DNA of 56,203 bases from a virus (taxonomy: Duplodnaviria; Heunggongvirae; Uroviricota; Caudoviricetes), in IMG/VR virus record IMGVR_UViG_2778260992_000008, positions 1 to 56,203 of that record. One strand, 5' to 3'. This document shows positions 17,032 to 26,077 of this stretch, in pieces. The position numbers and the translations under genes were made by a program. Position 1 is the first letter of the stretch, and every line of letters begins with the position of its first letter. The notes beneath the pieces are model-generated. The model searched no databases, was not told the DNA's origin, and was given only the letters and a program-made list of their open reading frames with translations.

Positions 17032-17646
17032 ATGCAAAATCCCAAAAAACCCATAAGACGCCGTTGCAAGTGCTGCGGCGTTTTTTTTGAGCCTAAATAT
17101 CATAATCAAACGTGGTGCAGCGATGAATGTCTGGAAGAACTGAAGTTTGACCAGCTATGCCGCGACCGTGAAAAGGCTATGAAGGCGATGGAACGGAAGA
17201 AACGCCGCGATAGCCAGCGTGATGAACGCAACAGGAAGCGGAAACAGTTAAATCCGCGCAGTTATTGGTTAAAGCAGGCGCAAAACGTGTTTAACGCATA
17301 TATTCGCGAACGTGACGCAGGACAGCCGTGTATATCTTGCGGGACTTATTATTACGAACAATGCGGAATCGATGCGGGACACTGGCGCACAGTAGCGGCA
17401 GCCGGACACCTTCGCTTTAACGAGGATAACGTAAACCTACAATGCCGACATTGCAATCAGGTATTAGACGGCAATGTTGAGTTATACAGAATAAATTTAA
17501 TAAAAAAAATAGGATTAGAAAGGGTTGAGGCATTAGAAAATAATAACGAGACTCACAAATGGACGATCGAAGAATGCAAAGAAATAATAAATATATATCA
17601 GCGTAAATTAGACACATTAAGGAAGGAGAGAGCGCAATGCGCATGA
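17032..17646 (+). CDS. ninG: NinG/Rap-family recombination protein
   Basis: WLKQAQNVFNAYIRERD...CISCG...GH...LRFNEDNVNLQCRHCN...GN match lambda NinG; start 17032 with RBS GGGGTGA. Confidence 0.75.
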   Translation: MQNPKKPIRRRCKCCGVFFEPKYHNQTWCSDECLEELKFDQLCRDREKAMKAMERKKRRDSQRDERNRKRKQLNPRSYWLKQAQNVFNAYIRERDAGQPCISCGTYYYEQCGIDAGHWRTVAAAGHLRFNEDNVNLQCRHCNQVLDGNVELYRINLIKKIGLERVEALENNNETHKWTIEECKEIINIYQRKLDTLRKERAQCA

Positions 17647-17661
17647 TTGGGAGTGTATTGC

Positions 17662-18138
17662 ATGATGAATTGGCACGAATGGTTTTGTTACGATGGTATT
17701 AACCTGATATGGAAAAAGTCACGCGGTAGAATGAAAGCAGGGAGTATTGCTGGGTGTCCAAATGATACTGGTCGCATACGCGTTAGGCTTTTTGGTAGAT
17801 GGTATAAAGCGCACCGTATTATATGGGAAATGCACAACGGCCCTATCCCGGAAGGATACGAGATAGACCATTTAGATCATGACCCTAGCAATAACAGGCT
17901 TAATAATTTTAGATTGGTATTAGGTAAGGAGAACGCGAAGAATAGACCAAAAAATAAAAATAATACCAGCGGGTATACTGGTATCTCATGGGACAAAGGA
18001 AGGGGTAAATGGTCGGTAACGATAATGGTTAATTATAAAACCATTCATCTAGGTAGATTTGATAATTTAGAGGACGCAATAAAGGCAAGACAAGAAGCTG
18101 AAATTAAATACGGTTTTCATCCAAATCACGGTAAGTAA
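17662..18138 (+). CDS. HNH endonuclease with AP2 DNA-binding domain
   Basis: HRIIWEMHNGPIPEGYEIDHLDHDPSNNRLNN then GYTGISWDKGRGKWSV...HLGRFDNLEDAIKARQEAE; AT-rich insertion between ninG and rusA. Confidence 0.75.
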   Translation: MMNWHEWFCYDGINLIWKKSRGRMKAGSIAGCPNDTGRIRVRLFGRWYKAHRIIWEMHNGPIPEGYEIDHLDHDPSNNRLNNFRLVLGKENAKNRPKNKNNTSGYTGISWDKGRGKWSVTIMVNYKTIHLGRFDNLEDAIKARQEAEIKYGFHPNHGK

Positions 18139-18151
18139 GGAGAAAGGTAGC

Positions 18152-18571
18152 ATGAATGAATATTCTTTTAGTCTGCCTTACCCGCCGTCGAATAACCGAT
18201 ATTACCGACATTCACGCGGTTTTCACTATATCAGCAAGGTTGGAAAAGAATACAGGGAACAGGTAAGAGACATCATCGAGCTATTAAATTTAAATATTAA
18301 CCTACCTTGCCGACTGGCAATTGCCATTTACGCCGCGCCGCCGGATAACCGGATCAGAGATCTGGACAATATCCCTAAATGCCTTTTTGACAGCCTTACT
18401 TATGCCGGATTCTGGAAGGATGACGGGCAAATCGACTCAATAAAAATTGTTCGCTGCCGGAAGGTAAAAGGCGGACGCTTGTTTATTAAGATACGCGAGC
18501 GCGGCGACCTGCTACCGGATATTGACGAATACGCGACGAATATGTGGGGTGACAATGAAAAACGAAATTAA
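18152..18571 (+). CDS. rusA: RusA-family Holliday junction resolvase
   Basis: PPSNNRYY...RDLDNIPKCLFDSLTYAGFWKDDGQI typical of RusA. Confidence 0.75.
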   Translation: MNEYSFSLPYPPSNNRYYRHSRGFHYISKVGKEYREQVRDIIELLNLNINLPCRLAIAIYAAPPDNRIRDLDNIPKCLFDSLTYAGFWKDDGQIDSIKIVRCRKVKGGRLFIKIRERGDLLPDIDEYATNMWGDNEKRN

Positions 18572-18737
18572 AGATCTGCAAATTGATATTCAGCGTGATG
18601 AGCATGATTTAGAAACTGTCAGACAAATCCAGGCTTTTCACATGCGCGAATTGCTCGCATTAAAAGAGCTTGAGAGAAAGTTAGTCCAGGCTATTTCTGA
18701 TCGTAAACAACTGGCGGCGCGTTACGGGGGTAAATAA
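18555..18737 (+). CDS. hypothetical coiled-coil protein (60 aa)
   Basis: ATG 18555 with RBS GGGGTGA; inside track ORF 18522-18737. Confidence 0.4.
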   Translation: MKNEIKDLQIDIQRDEHDLETVRQIQAFHMRELLALKELERKLVQAISDRKQLAARYGGK

Positions 18738-19459
18738 TGAATTTAGAATCCATTCTAAAATTCCACTTCCCCAAATCGCCGCGATTATCAGACGAAAGCC
18801 GGGGCACGTCACCGGATGCGCTTAATACAACGGATGCGCTAACCGCTGCTGGTATGGCGCAATCGCGCGTAGAGCTTGGATATAGCGCTTTTTTAGGAAA
18901 GATGGAACTATCGCAAGCCGAAAAACACAGGGCCGTAGTTTTGCTTACAGAGCGTTTAAGAGCTATGGCAAAAGATTACGAATACGTGATGGAATTAAAT
19001 GAAGAACAACGCAATGATCTTATTATTCTTGTTGCCGTTTTCGCGTTTCGGGATTATTGCCAAAGCGCCGCGACGGAAAAAACTTGTATGGAGTGCGGCG
19101 GATATAAATTTACGTTTGACGACTACGGAGAAAAACACCTTTGCAAAAAATGCAAGGGGCATGGGAAAGTTCGCAATCATTGTAAACAATGCAAGGGGCG
19201 TGGCGAAGTACCGGATAAAGCAGCCAGCGAAGCGGCGGAAATGCCAGTTTTCAAAACGTGCCAGCACTGCGGCGGGCGCGGGTACTCGCGTTTCCCGGTA
19301 GATCTTGTCCGCCAGGCGGTTAATCAGCTTGTTTTCCCGGTAAGCCGATCAACCTGGTGGAAAAAATACCGGGTTTTCTATGAAGACGCCATAGCGGAGC
19401 TATTCAAAGAAGAGGCCCGCGCGGAAAGTGAAATCAAACGAGTGACACGGGGTGATTAA
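18737..19459 (+). CDS. DnaJ-type zinc-finger protein (CxxCxGxG x4), possible late regulator
   Basis: CMECGGYK, CKKCKGHG, CKQCKGRG, CQHCGGRG; downstream of nin/rusA where lambdoid phages often place Q. Confidence 0.4.
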   Translation: MNLESILKFHFPKSPRLSDESRGTSPDALNTTDALTAAGMAQSRVELGYSAFLGKMELSQAEKHRAVVLLTERLRAMAKDYEYVMELNEEQRNDLIILVAVFAFRDYCQSAATEKTCMECGGYKFTFDDYGEKHLCKKCKGHGKVRNHCKQCKGRGEVPDKAASEAAEMPVFKTCQHCGGRGYSRFPVDLVRQAVNQLVFPVSRSTWWKKYRVFYEDAIAELFKEEARAESEIKRVTRGD

Positions 19460-19659
19460 TGGATAAGCTGGAAATAAACGATCAGTTTGTCGTTCTCTTG
19501 TTTGAAGATAAAACAGGCGGCGCATGGTGTAAGAAAGTCACTGGTGCGGAAGCGCGTTTAATATTGGGTATGGCAAGCGCGTTAAATGAAGGCGAATTGC
19601 CTGCCATCCCTATTAAGCCTGTCAAAATTTACAAGCGGGGTGACGATGATGAAGCCTAA
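19459..19659 (+). CDS. hypothetical protein
   Basis: 66-aa ORF, ATGA-type junction with upstream gene. Confidence 0.35.
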   Translation: MDKLEINDQFVVLLFEDKTGGAWCKKVTGAEARLILGMASALNEGELPAIPIKPVKIYKRGDDDEA

Positions 19660-19918
19660 ATTAAAAGAACATCTATTTGCAAAGCTGGTTAATGACCTGA
19701 CATTATCCGCGCGGTTGTGCCGTGATACACAACAATTAAGGGCGTGGATAGCAAGGGATTTAAAAAAATATATTGAGCCTGGCGGGCCAGGTGGCGAAAT
19801 CACGATGGACGAAGCCATCAAGCGCCGGACGGCTGAATGGTCAGTGAGTAACACCGGATTAACCGGATACATTGAAGGATATAACGACTGTTTACAGGAT
19901 CATAATGATGACAAATAA
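19646..19918 (+). CDS. hypothetical protein
   Basis: ATG 19646 with RBS GGGGTGA; inside track ORF 19586-19918. Confidence 0.4.
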   Translation: MMKPKLKEHLFAKLVNDLTLSARLCRDTQQLRAWIARDLKKYIEPGGPGGEITMDEAIKRRTAEWSVSNTGLTGYIEGYNDCLQDHNDDK

Positions 19919-20207
19919 ACACTTACATTTAAATTTAAAAGGGGAATACTTTCACGCTATCCGGGCGGGAAAGAAAGTGGAGGAATACAGGCTTTATAAT
20001 GACTACTGGCGGAAACGCCTGGAAGGGCGGGAATACACAAGATTAATCATCAAATGGGGATACCCGGCTAACGACGAGAAGGAACGAATACTTATTCTTC
20101 CTTATATGGGATACACAATCAAGACAATTCAGCATCCTTTATTTGGCGACGATCCTGTTAAAGTTTTTGCTATCAAATGCGATATTTATTGGCAATATAG
20201 GTTTTAG
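19905..20207 (+). CDS. hypothetical protein
   Basis: ATG 19905 with RBS AGGA; inside track ORF 19872-20207. Confidence 0.35.
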   Translation: MMTNKHLHLNLKGEYFHAIRAGKKVEEYRLYNDYWRKRLEGREYTRLIIKWGYPANDEKERILILPYMGYTIKTIQHPLFGDDPVKVFAIKCDIYWQYRF

Positions 20208-20210
20208 AAT

Positions 20211-20423
20211 ATGAAAAGTAACCGCAAGCGCCTTGTAAGGGCATACGACAAAGCATTAAAGGCTTTTGATGATCTGCGACACAATAAACGCCAGCGCCGT
20301 AAATGGGCGCGAATGCTTGTTAGTGAGTGGCATGATGAGGATTTTTTCCTTGAGGCCAGACACATGACGCAGGATGACGCCGACTTATTAGCTGATGATA
20401 ACGTTTACTATATGATGTGGTGA
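20211..20423 (+). CDS. hypothetical protein
   Basis: 70-aa ORF in tandem array. Confidence 0.35.
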   Translation: MKSNRKRLVRAYDKALKAFDDLRHNKRQRRKWARMLVSEWHDEDFFLEARHMTQDDADLLADDNVYYMMW

Positions 20424-20427
20424 TAAT

Positions 20428-20793
20428 ATGCAAATAATCATTGATTATCTTTGCCATGCTGCAAATACGCTTTTCGGTTTCTATCAACAGCCGTTTCTCA
20501 GAGAATGGGATAACATGTTGAACGATATCCTCGACAAAGGATTAATAATGGAAGTCGGGGAACTAACAATCAAATTTAATTACGAAGGCGAAGAATATGA
20601 TATATGGGTAGGTAACAGATGGTATGCATACGCTCATATTTATTCAATTGGCGGTAAATACATTAAACGAAGTCAAGAATTCAGACCACGCTTCCGCACA
20701 ATGCGCCGCCTGCATGATCTGCATATGAAGTTATTCGAAGATCAGGAAGCACGGGAATTATTCAAAATTTACGGGGATAAATCATGGAGCTAA
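20428..20793 (+). CDS. hypothetical protein
   Basis: 121-aa ORF in tandem array. Confidence 0.4.
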   Translation: MQIIIDYLCHAANTLFGFYQQPFLREWDNMLNDILDKGLIMEVGELTIKFNYEGEEYDIWVGNRWYAYAHIYSIGGKYIKRSQEFRPRFRTMRRLHDLHMKLFEDQEARELFKIYGDKSWS

Positions 20794-21014
20794 AAATCTG
20801 GCAGGCTATCGACGTAGTTGATAACGAATTATCTATGTTCGCCACTGACGGAAAGCGCGTGGTGATCGCTACATGGACGCGTAACCATGATGATATCGCT
20901 TTTCGTCGCAAGGCTGCGGAGTGGCTTTTCTCTGATGGCGGCTACACGATGAACATCGCACAGCTTGCCAGAATGAAGGATGAAAAGCTGGTAGACAGCT
21001 ACACAACTGCATAG
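20784..21014 (+). CDS. hypothetical protein
   Basis: 76-aa ORF overlapping upstream gene end. Confidence 0.35.
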   Translation: MELKIWQAIDVVDNELSMFATDGKRVVIATWTRNHDDIAFRRKAAEWLFSDGGYTMNIAQLARMKDEKLVDSYTTA

Positions 21015-21024
21015 CGGGGGAAAT

Positions 21025-21258
21025 ATGCGTATCTATGAGCACAAGCGGGATAAAACCCGCTTTTTTGTTCGTGCTGGCGTGGCGTACCAGTATCACGACT
21101 GCGGATATATTGAGGCGCTTGCTTACGATCTGGACTTCGAACAAGAAAAAGAATGGTTCGATTTCAAAATTTACCGGAAGCGGAAACCAACGCGCGACGA
21201 GCGCCACGCTATCCGCGATTTTCTAATCAGCATTGACCGCTGGGAGGCAGAGGAATGA
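21025..21258 (+). CDS. hypothetical protein
   Basis: 77-aa ORF in tandem array. Confidence 0.35.
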   Translation: MRIYEHKRDKTRFFVRAGVAYQYHDCGYIEALAYDLDFEQEKEWFDFKIYRKRKPTRDERHAIRDFLISIDRWEAEE

Positions 21259-21548
21259 AAGCAAAGAAAGCAGCAGATCAGAAAGCGTTAGTTATCGCAA
21301 CAACGGATGTATCGTTATTCACGAAGGGAGAAGAAATAGATCTTAAATTGCTTTTTGGCATGTTTGAGCCACACGAAAGGCCGTGGTTTGTTCATGAAGA
21401 TAAACAAGGCAATATGCGCGTTGTAGTGCCGGACAGAAACAGCGACATATTTTTTGCTATTCCAGACCCGTTACATGACGAGGAAATGCTGGCGGTATTG
21501 TTGATCGCTGATGCTGTTACTTACAAGGGAAAGAAATATGAAAGTTAA
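21255..21548 (+). CDS. hypothetical protein
   Basis: 97-aa ORF, 4-nt overlap with upstream gene. Confidence 0.35.
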   Translation: MKAKKAADQKALVIATTDVSLFTKGEEIDLKLLFGMFEPHERPWFVHEDKQGNMRVVVPDRNSDIFFAIPDPLHDEEMLAVLLIADAVTYKGKKYES

Positions 21549-21765
21549 ATTCTTGCACGATCACGGCTACCCGTCATTAAAACGCGTAGTAGGGGAAGTG
21601 GTAGACGTTGTTCACTCTGATGATGTGACCTGCGTCATTTTGGGTAAAGACCTTATTGCTCACGGTGCTGATCAGAATTATATCAATCCGGCGTGGTCGT
21701 ACACGTTCAGTCTTGGGGACTTTGTAGGCGATAAGGGGCGCGGGCTGCAAGTAGTCGAGGGTTAA
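21538..21765 (+). CDS. hypothetical protein
   Basis: ATG 21538 with RBS AGGGA; begins MKVKF like two other array members. Confidence 0.35.
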   Translation: MKVKFLHDHGYPSLKRVVGEVVDVVHSDDVTCVILGKDLIAHGADQNYINPAWSYTFSLGDFVGDKGRGLQVVEG

Positions 21766-21769
21766 TATC

Positions 21770-21985
21770 ATGGATGTTTACGAAGATTTATACCTTCAAA
21801 CAAATACCCGCACTTTTTATTTTTTGAAAAACGGCGTCGTATATCGCAGCGATGATGGGGTAATAATGAAGGAGTGGTTATTTAAACGCAAAGACCTGAT
21901 TGATGACCTGGTTTTTGCCGGGATATTCCGTAAACGTCCGGCTAACCTGGAAGAAGAAATGTTGATCGATGAGGTATTAAAATGA
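21770..21985 (+). CDS. hypothetical protein
   Basis: 71-aa ORF in tandem array. Confidence 0.35.
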   Translation: MDVYEDLYLQTNTRTFYFLKNGVVYRSDDGVIMKEWLFKRKDLIDDLVFAGIFRKRPANLEEEMLIDEVLK

Positions 21986-22233
21986 AAGTGAAAGTGAATT
22001 ATTTCAGGGCAAAAGACAAGGCAACAGGGAAGCGTGTAGCCGTCCTGGTTAATGAGGCCAATTACATGTTTATCCTTCAGCCGTGGTGCATAGCTGATTA
22101 TAACGATGATTATCGACGTCATGCTGCGCGGCGGGCGGTTGGCATGAAAGGCTGGCAACCGCGCGACATGCTTAATTATTGCGATTGGAACCTGATAGCA
22201 AAATATACGGTCGATTATAAAGGGGTTTTCTGA
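21982..22233 (+). CDS. hypothetical protein
   Basis: 83-aa ORF, 4-nt overlap; begins MKVKV. Confidence 0.35.
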   Translation: MKVKVNYFRAKDKATGKRVAVLVNEANYMFILQPWCIADYNDDYRRHAARRAVGMKGWQPRDMLNYCDWNLIAKYTVDYKGVF

Positions 22234-22517
22234 TGGAAAGCTATTTTGATCGGATGTTTTGCCGCACAACTTGTAACGAATACAAATTCACTACGGGCCA
22301 GGCTTACAAAATTCACAGGCTGCGCAATGCGACCACTGATCCGATGGTGTTTATCATGGACGACAACGAAGGCGCGTTTTACCAGGTATTCTACTGCGGT
22401 GATCTTGATTATGCACTGGTGAAAAATATCACCGGACAATGGCTTGCGCAGTTTTCCAGATACCCGGCTGATGTTGACACGAAAAATTATTTAAAGGTGG
22501 CTGATAATGCAAGTTAA
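22233..22517 (+). CDS. hypothetical protein
   Basis: 94-aa ORF, 1-nt overlap with upstream gene. Confidence 0.35.
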   Translation: MESYFDRMFCRTTCNEYKFTTGQAYKIHRLRNATTDPMVFIMDDNEGAFYQVFYCGDLDYALVKNITGQWLAQFSRYPADVDTKNYLKVADNAS

Positions 22518-22719
22518 GTGTTCATATTCAAGCAATGACAGTGTTTTCACTCTTGGGCGTGTTTATGACGTTCATATCGTTTATGGCAATGAAGCACACA
22601 GAGTGAGTGATTGCCTTGCCTTGATTGATAATCATGATGAAATTTGGATATTCAGGCCAACTTATCGGGGTGGCGAAATATCCGGTATTGATTTTTCCGC
22701 CAGCTTCGAGCGTTATTAA
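22507..22719 (+). CDS. hypothetical protein
   Basis: 70-aa ORF; begins MQVKC. Confidence 0.35.
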   Translation: MQVKCSYSSNDSVFTLGRVYDVHIVYGNEAHRVSDCLALIDNHDEIWIFRPTYRGGEISGIDFSASFERY

Positions 22720-22728
22720 GGGGGCGAC

Positions 22729-22944
22729 ATGATTTTAACGTGTCACGGATCTGATCTTGATTGTTTCGAAGACGGTTGCCAGTACGAAGCGGAAAAGCCA
22801 GGTGGATTACCAAAAAACCCGTTTTTAGTCGTTACGGACACTTACGGGCACTTATGGTATGCAGCGCCCAGCAAGGCGCGCGGCTGGTGGTTGATTCAGA
22901 ATGAAGATCGCGCGGTTGTGGTGGCCTTTAGGCAGGATGAATAA
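22729..22944 (+). CDS. hypothetical protein
   Basis: RBS AAGGGGG; 71-aa ORF. Confidence 0.4.
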   Translation: MILTCHGSDLDCFEDGCQYEAEKPGGLPKNPFLVVTDTYGHLWYAAPSKARGWWLIQNEDRAVVVAFRQDE

Positions 22945-22968
22945 AACGTGATCTACCCCGCAAAGTTT

Positions 22969-23008
22969 ACAAAATGGCATTGTTCAGGCAGTGCCATTTT
23001 GTTATAAA
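22969..23008 (+). promoter_or_regulatory. inverted repeat ACAAAATGGCA/TGCCATTTTGT overlapping a sigma70-like promoter
   Basis: 11-nt arms at 22969-22979 and 22992-23002; TTGTTC (22980-22985), 17-nt spacer, TATAAA (23003-23008). Confidence 0.5.
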
Positions 23009-23043
23009 GAAGCTGAAGAGAGAATGATGCGGAGGGTAGAAAA

Positions 23044-23316
23044 ATGAAACGCTGGATTAACGAAGAAACAGAGTCCCGCTTCAATGCAATTTGGGATCTG
23101 ATTGAAAAAGAGGACGGCGTTTCTAGTCCCTACCTGAACAATCTTGAGTTCCACTATGTAGAAGCGATGAACGCAGAGCATGACCACGAAGGCGGTGCTG
23201 ATGAATTCGCTAAAAAATACGGCTTCGATGATGCAAACCATATGATTAACAACGTGGTGATGCAGGCAGAGGAAGACTACGAATGCAAATCACTTGAATT
23301 CGCACGCATGGCATAA
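23044..23316 (+). CDS. hypothetical acidic protein
   Basis: RBS GGAGGG; 90-aa ORF. Confidence 0.4.
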   Translation: MKRWINEETESRFNAIWDLIEKEDGVSSPYLNNLEFHYVEAMNAEHDHEGGADEFAKKYGFDDANHMINNVVMQAEEDYECKSLEFARMA

Positions 23317-23326
23317 GGGGGAAAAC

Positions 23327-23467
23327 ATGAACGCTAACGATAAATATCCGGCCTGGGTCTTTGAACTATACGCCCGCTATTTTGAAGAACTGGCACCAGG
23401 GGAAGAAGCATTGAGCATTGACGAATACGCGGAGTGTTTAGGATTTAAAGGGGGCAAAGAAGAATAA
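23327..23467 (+). CDS. small hypothetical protein (46 aa)
   Basis: RBS AAGGGGGAAAAC-ATG; not in track (<60 aa). Confidence 0.35.
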   Translation: MNANDKYPAWVFELYARYFEELAPGEEALSIDEYAECLGFKGGKEE

Positions 23468-23479
23468 ACACGGGGCCGG

Positions 23480-23761
23480 ATGGCCCCCATAAGGAGTGAA
23501 GCAGTGGTTGTTATCAGACTATGGCGCGGTAATAGCAAGTTAGACGGCGAATACAGCCGCGTTGTTGAAGTCGTCAATCTTAAACGGTTTTACGAACTGG
23601 CATACAGCGAAAAACGGGAGAGTGTTTATTTGGACGAATCAATCCCAACGTGGCGCAAGGTAGCAGGTTTGCAGTCGCTGGTTAAACATGGGTTTTGGAC
23701 TGACCATAACACCCTGGAAGATGCAGAACTGGTAAAAACATTCTATGTGGAAGGAGAATAA
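23480..23761 (+). CDS. hypothetical protein
   Basis: 93-aa ORF in tandem array. Confidence 0.35.
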   Translation: MAPIRSEAVVVIRLWRGNSKLDGEYSRVVEVVNLKRFYELAYSEKRESVYLDESIPTWRKVAGLQSLVKHGFWTDHNTLEDAELVKTFYVEGE

Positions 23762-23764
23762 ACA

Positions 23765-24085
23765 ATGGCTAAATTCATCATCATTAAAGTTATGCGCGGC
23801 ACTTTCCCGAACGACGAAAAAGCGTATGGCCCGTTCGCAGGCAAGCCGGGCGCTATCTTCCATGTTGAAACTGAGGAAGGGAAAGCGACATACATTCCGG
23901 TAAGCGAGCCGCCATTCGAAGTGGCACATCTGGAAGAACCGAACAGGATTAAAGCGTTTGTTTGCCTGTCACTGATGATGGGTAACGTGCTCGATAATCC
24001 GGTTGATCTTGAAAACGGGGAACAAGTAGCAGAGTTCCGCATGACTCCAAACGAAGATGGAAACGCAGAAATTGAACGTTTATAA
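23765..24085 (+). CDS. hypothetical protein
   Basis: 106-aa ORF; RBS GGAAGGAG upstream. Confidence 0.4.
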   Translation: MAKFIIIKVMRGTFPNDEKAYGPFAGKPGAIFHVETEEGKATYIPVSEPPFEVAHLEEPNRIKAFVCLSLMMGNVLDNPVDLENGEQVAEFRMTPNEDGNAEIERL

Positions 24086-24308
24086 AATCCGCTGCAAAGG
24101 CAGTTATGACGGATTCACCACGGGGAGCGAATACTTGGGCCATATTGGGTATGGCCCTTTCGGCAACCTGGGGATGAATACGATCGACGATGACGGCGAC
24201 GAGCGAACGTTGGATCTTGATTCTGATGACTTCGAATACATTCCGCCAGTTACCCACTACGCCGTTGATTGTTTCCTGGACGAACAAGAAGACGAGGACG
24301 ACGACTAA
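24057..24308 (+). CDS. hypothetical acidic protein
   Basis: 83-aa ORF with strongly acidic C-terminus. Confidence 0.35.
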   Translation: METQKLNVYKIRCKGSYDGFTTGSEYLGHIGYGPFGNLGMNTIDDDGDERTLDLDSDDFEYIPPVTHYAVDCFLDEQEDEDDD

Positions 24309-24439
24309 TGGACGAATGGTATCAAAATTTACTTATTCTATTCCTTGCTGAAAATTGGGCCTTATTCGAACGCTTTTGTGAACAGCACGGCGAAGACCCT
24401 GAGGATATTTATCACGATCTTGGGGGTGAGGATGATTGA
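24308..24439 (+). CDS. small hypothetical protein (43 aa)
   Basis: ATG overlaps upstream stop (TAATG). Confidence 0.25.
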   Translation: MDEWYQNLLILFLAENWALFERFCEQHGEDPEDIYHDLGGEDD

Positions 24440-24632
24440 GTGTCTTATAGCTGTGATTGTTCTCATTTATATCGCTGGCGCTGGCCTGATGGCTTGTTTT
24501 ATCAAATATAACGATCTCGACCCTAGAAGTTTTGAGATTATTTTCTGGCCTGTAGTGGTGTTTATCGCTTACGTCGAGGCCACGCACGCACAGATCAAAA
24601 GAGCTATTAAGGAGCGTAAAAATGGGAAATAG
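24432..24632 (+). CDS. small membrane protein
   Basis: ATG 24432 with RBS GGGGGTGAGG; two hydrophobic helices. Confidence 0.4.
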   Translation: MIECLIAVIVLIYIAGAGLMACFIKYNDLDPRSFEIIFWPVVVFIAYVEATHAQIKRAIKERKNGK

Positions 24633-24819
24633 CGACCATGAATATGATGGCGTTTATCAGTCATTGGCTACGCGAGCTTATTACCGCCTCGAAGGTGAAC
24701 ACGTTTTGATGCGACTTGGTAGTCTTGATCGGTGGCATGAGCCATTTTTACCTATGACAGCGAAAGAAGTTATCACGATGGTTAATCACAGATACTGGCG
24801 CAAGGTTGGTGATTTGTAA
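24622..24819 (+). CDS. hypothetical protein
   Basis: 65-aa ORF, last gene before terminator. Confidence 0.35.
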   Translation: MGNSDHEYDGVYQSLATRAYYRLEGEHVLMRLGSLDRWHEPFLPMTAKEVITMVNHRYWRKVGDL

Positions 24820-24882
24820 CCATAATCGCGCATAAAAAACAAATAGATTAAAATATTTCCTAACAATGCGAAATTGTATTCA

Positions 24883-24905
24883 CCCGGCATCGCGCCGGGT
24901 TTTTT
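24883..24905 (+). terminator. rho-independent terminator upstream of lysis cassette
   Basis: CCCGGC-ATCGC-GCCGGG hairpin followed by TTTTTT. Confidence 0.6.
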
Positions 24906-24925
24906 GCTTTGTTGGAGGTAAATCT

Positions 24926-25126
24926 ATGTTCGACAAAATACGGGAGGCGTGCGCGTATGTGACCGGGGCCGTAACTGCTTTTTTCGGCGCGATAACCATC
25001 AATGACGTTGCCGTCTTTGTGGGTATCTTATCAACCATAGGCACATTTGCCGTTAATTATTACTTCAAATCACAGGAGAACAAGCGAGCGCAAGAGGAAC
25101 ACGACGCGCGAATGGGGAATAAGTAA
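24926..25126 (+). CDS. holin (66 aa)
   Basis: RBS GGAGG; two hydrophobic helices and charged C-terminus; directly precedes endolysin. Confidence 0.5.
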   Translation: MFDKIREACAYVTGAVTAFFGAITINDVAVFVGILSTIGTFAVNYYFKSQENKRAQEEHDARMGNK

Positions 25127-25127
25127 C

Positions 25128-25619
25128 ATGATTAGCCAATCGCTGAAGAATAAAATTATTGCTGCGGCGGCTGGTGGGGCGATCGCTATTGCGGCGGTGA
25201 TGGTTAAACCATTAGAGGGCGTGGAGTACGATCCCTATCGTGATGTTATCGGTGTATGGACCGTTTGTTATGGTCACACCGGAAAAGACATCATGCTGGG
25301 TAAGACTTACACGCAATCAGAATGCGATGCTTTGTTAAACAAAGATCTCCACAAAACCGCAAAAGCGATTGACCCATATATTAAAGTCGAAATATCAGAT
25401 TTTACCCGCGCGGCGCTTTATTCATTCGCCTATAACGTAGGCGCTACCAACTTCAAAACATCAACCTTATTAAAACTACTCAACGATGGCAAGAAATCCG
25501 AAGCGTGCGCCCAGCTTAAACGCTGGATATATGCTGGTGGTCAAAAATGGCAAGGTTTAATCAACCGCCGTGATGTTGAATATGCCGTTTGTGAATGGGG
25601 GGAAACGTGGACAAGATAA
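25128..25619 (+). CDS. SAR endolysin, T4-type lysozyme family
   Basis: N-terminal signal-arrest-release helix [17 protein letters not shown] followed by [23 protein letters not shown] catalytic region. Confidence 0.75.
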   Translation: MISQSLKNKIIAAAAGGAIAIAAVMVKPLEGVEYDPYRDVIGVWTVCYGHTGKDIMLGKTYTQSECDALLNKDLHKTAKAIDPYIKVEISDFTRAALYSFAYNVGATNFKTSTLLKLLNDGKKSEACAQLKRWIYAGGQKWQGLINRRDVEYAVCEWGETWTR

Positions 25620-26077
25620 AGGCGTTAATCATCGCCGTGATTGTTTGCATTGTTGCCGGACTCACCGCCGCGCTTTGTTACTACCAGTCAACCATAAACA
25701 CGCTACAGACTGAACTAACGACAACTCAAGGCGCATTAAAAACGGCAAGTAACACTATCCAGCAAATGAAGGATCGAAACGCCGAACTGTCAAAACTTGA
25801 TAAGAGGTATCACGATGAAATTAAAGCTATCAGGTCCGATATTGCCGATCTGCGCAGCGGTATTGATAGCGGCGCTATCAGGTTGCACGTCAACGCAATA
25901 CCCGTGCGAGTGCCCGACACCACCGGAACCGCCAGCAGCATTGATGGAGCCGCCTGTAGACTCACTTCCGACGCTGAATCGGCTTATCTATCCCTCAGAG
26001 AACAACTAAAAGAGAAAGACGCGAAGATTACCGGATTACAGAGCTACATCAAAACGCAGTGCTTACGCAAAGAATAA
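25595..26077 (+). CDS. i-spanin (Rz-like)
   Basis: N-terminal TM helix then coiled-coil periplasmic region; overlaps endolysin end (GTG at 25607 is an alternative start). Confidence 0.6.
   Translation: MGGNVDKIKALIIAVIVCIVAGLTAALCYYQSTINTLQTELTTTQGALKTASNTIQQMKDRNAELSKLDKRYHDEIKAIRSDIADLRSGIDSGAIRLHVNAIPVRVPDTTGTASSIDGAACRLTSDAESAYLSLREQLKEKDAKITGLQSYIKTQCLRKE
25815..26009 (+). CDS. o-spanin (Rz1-like lipoprotein) nested in +1 frame of i-spanin
   Basis: Lipobox LSGC after signal [20 protein letters not shown]; Pro-rich mature part. Confidence 0.6.
   Translation: MKLKLSGPILPICAAVLIAALSGCTSTQYPCECPTPPEPPAALMEPPVDSLPTLNRLIYPSENN

Noticed and set aside
25595-25606. ATG at 25595 versus GTG at 25607 as the i-spanin start
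   Set aside because: Not resolved; ATG 25595 kept as the feature start, but GTG 25607 has the better-spaced RBS and may be the true start.
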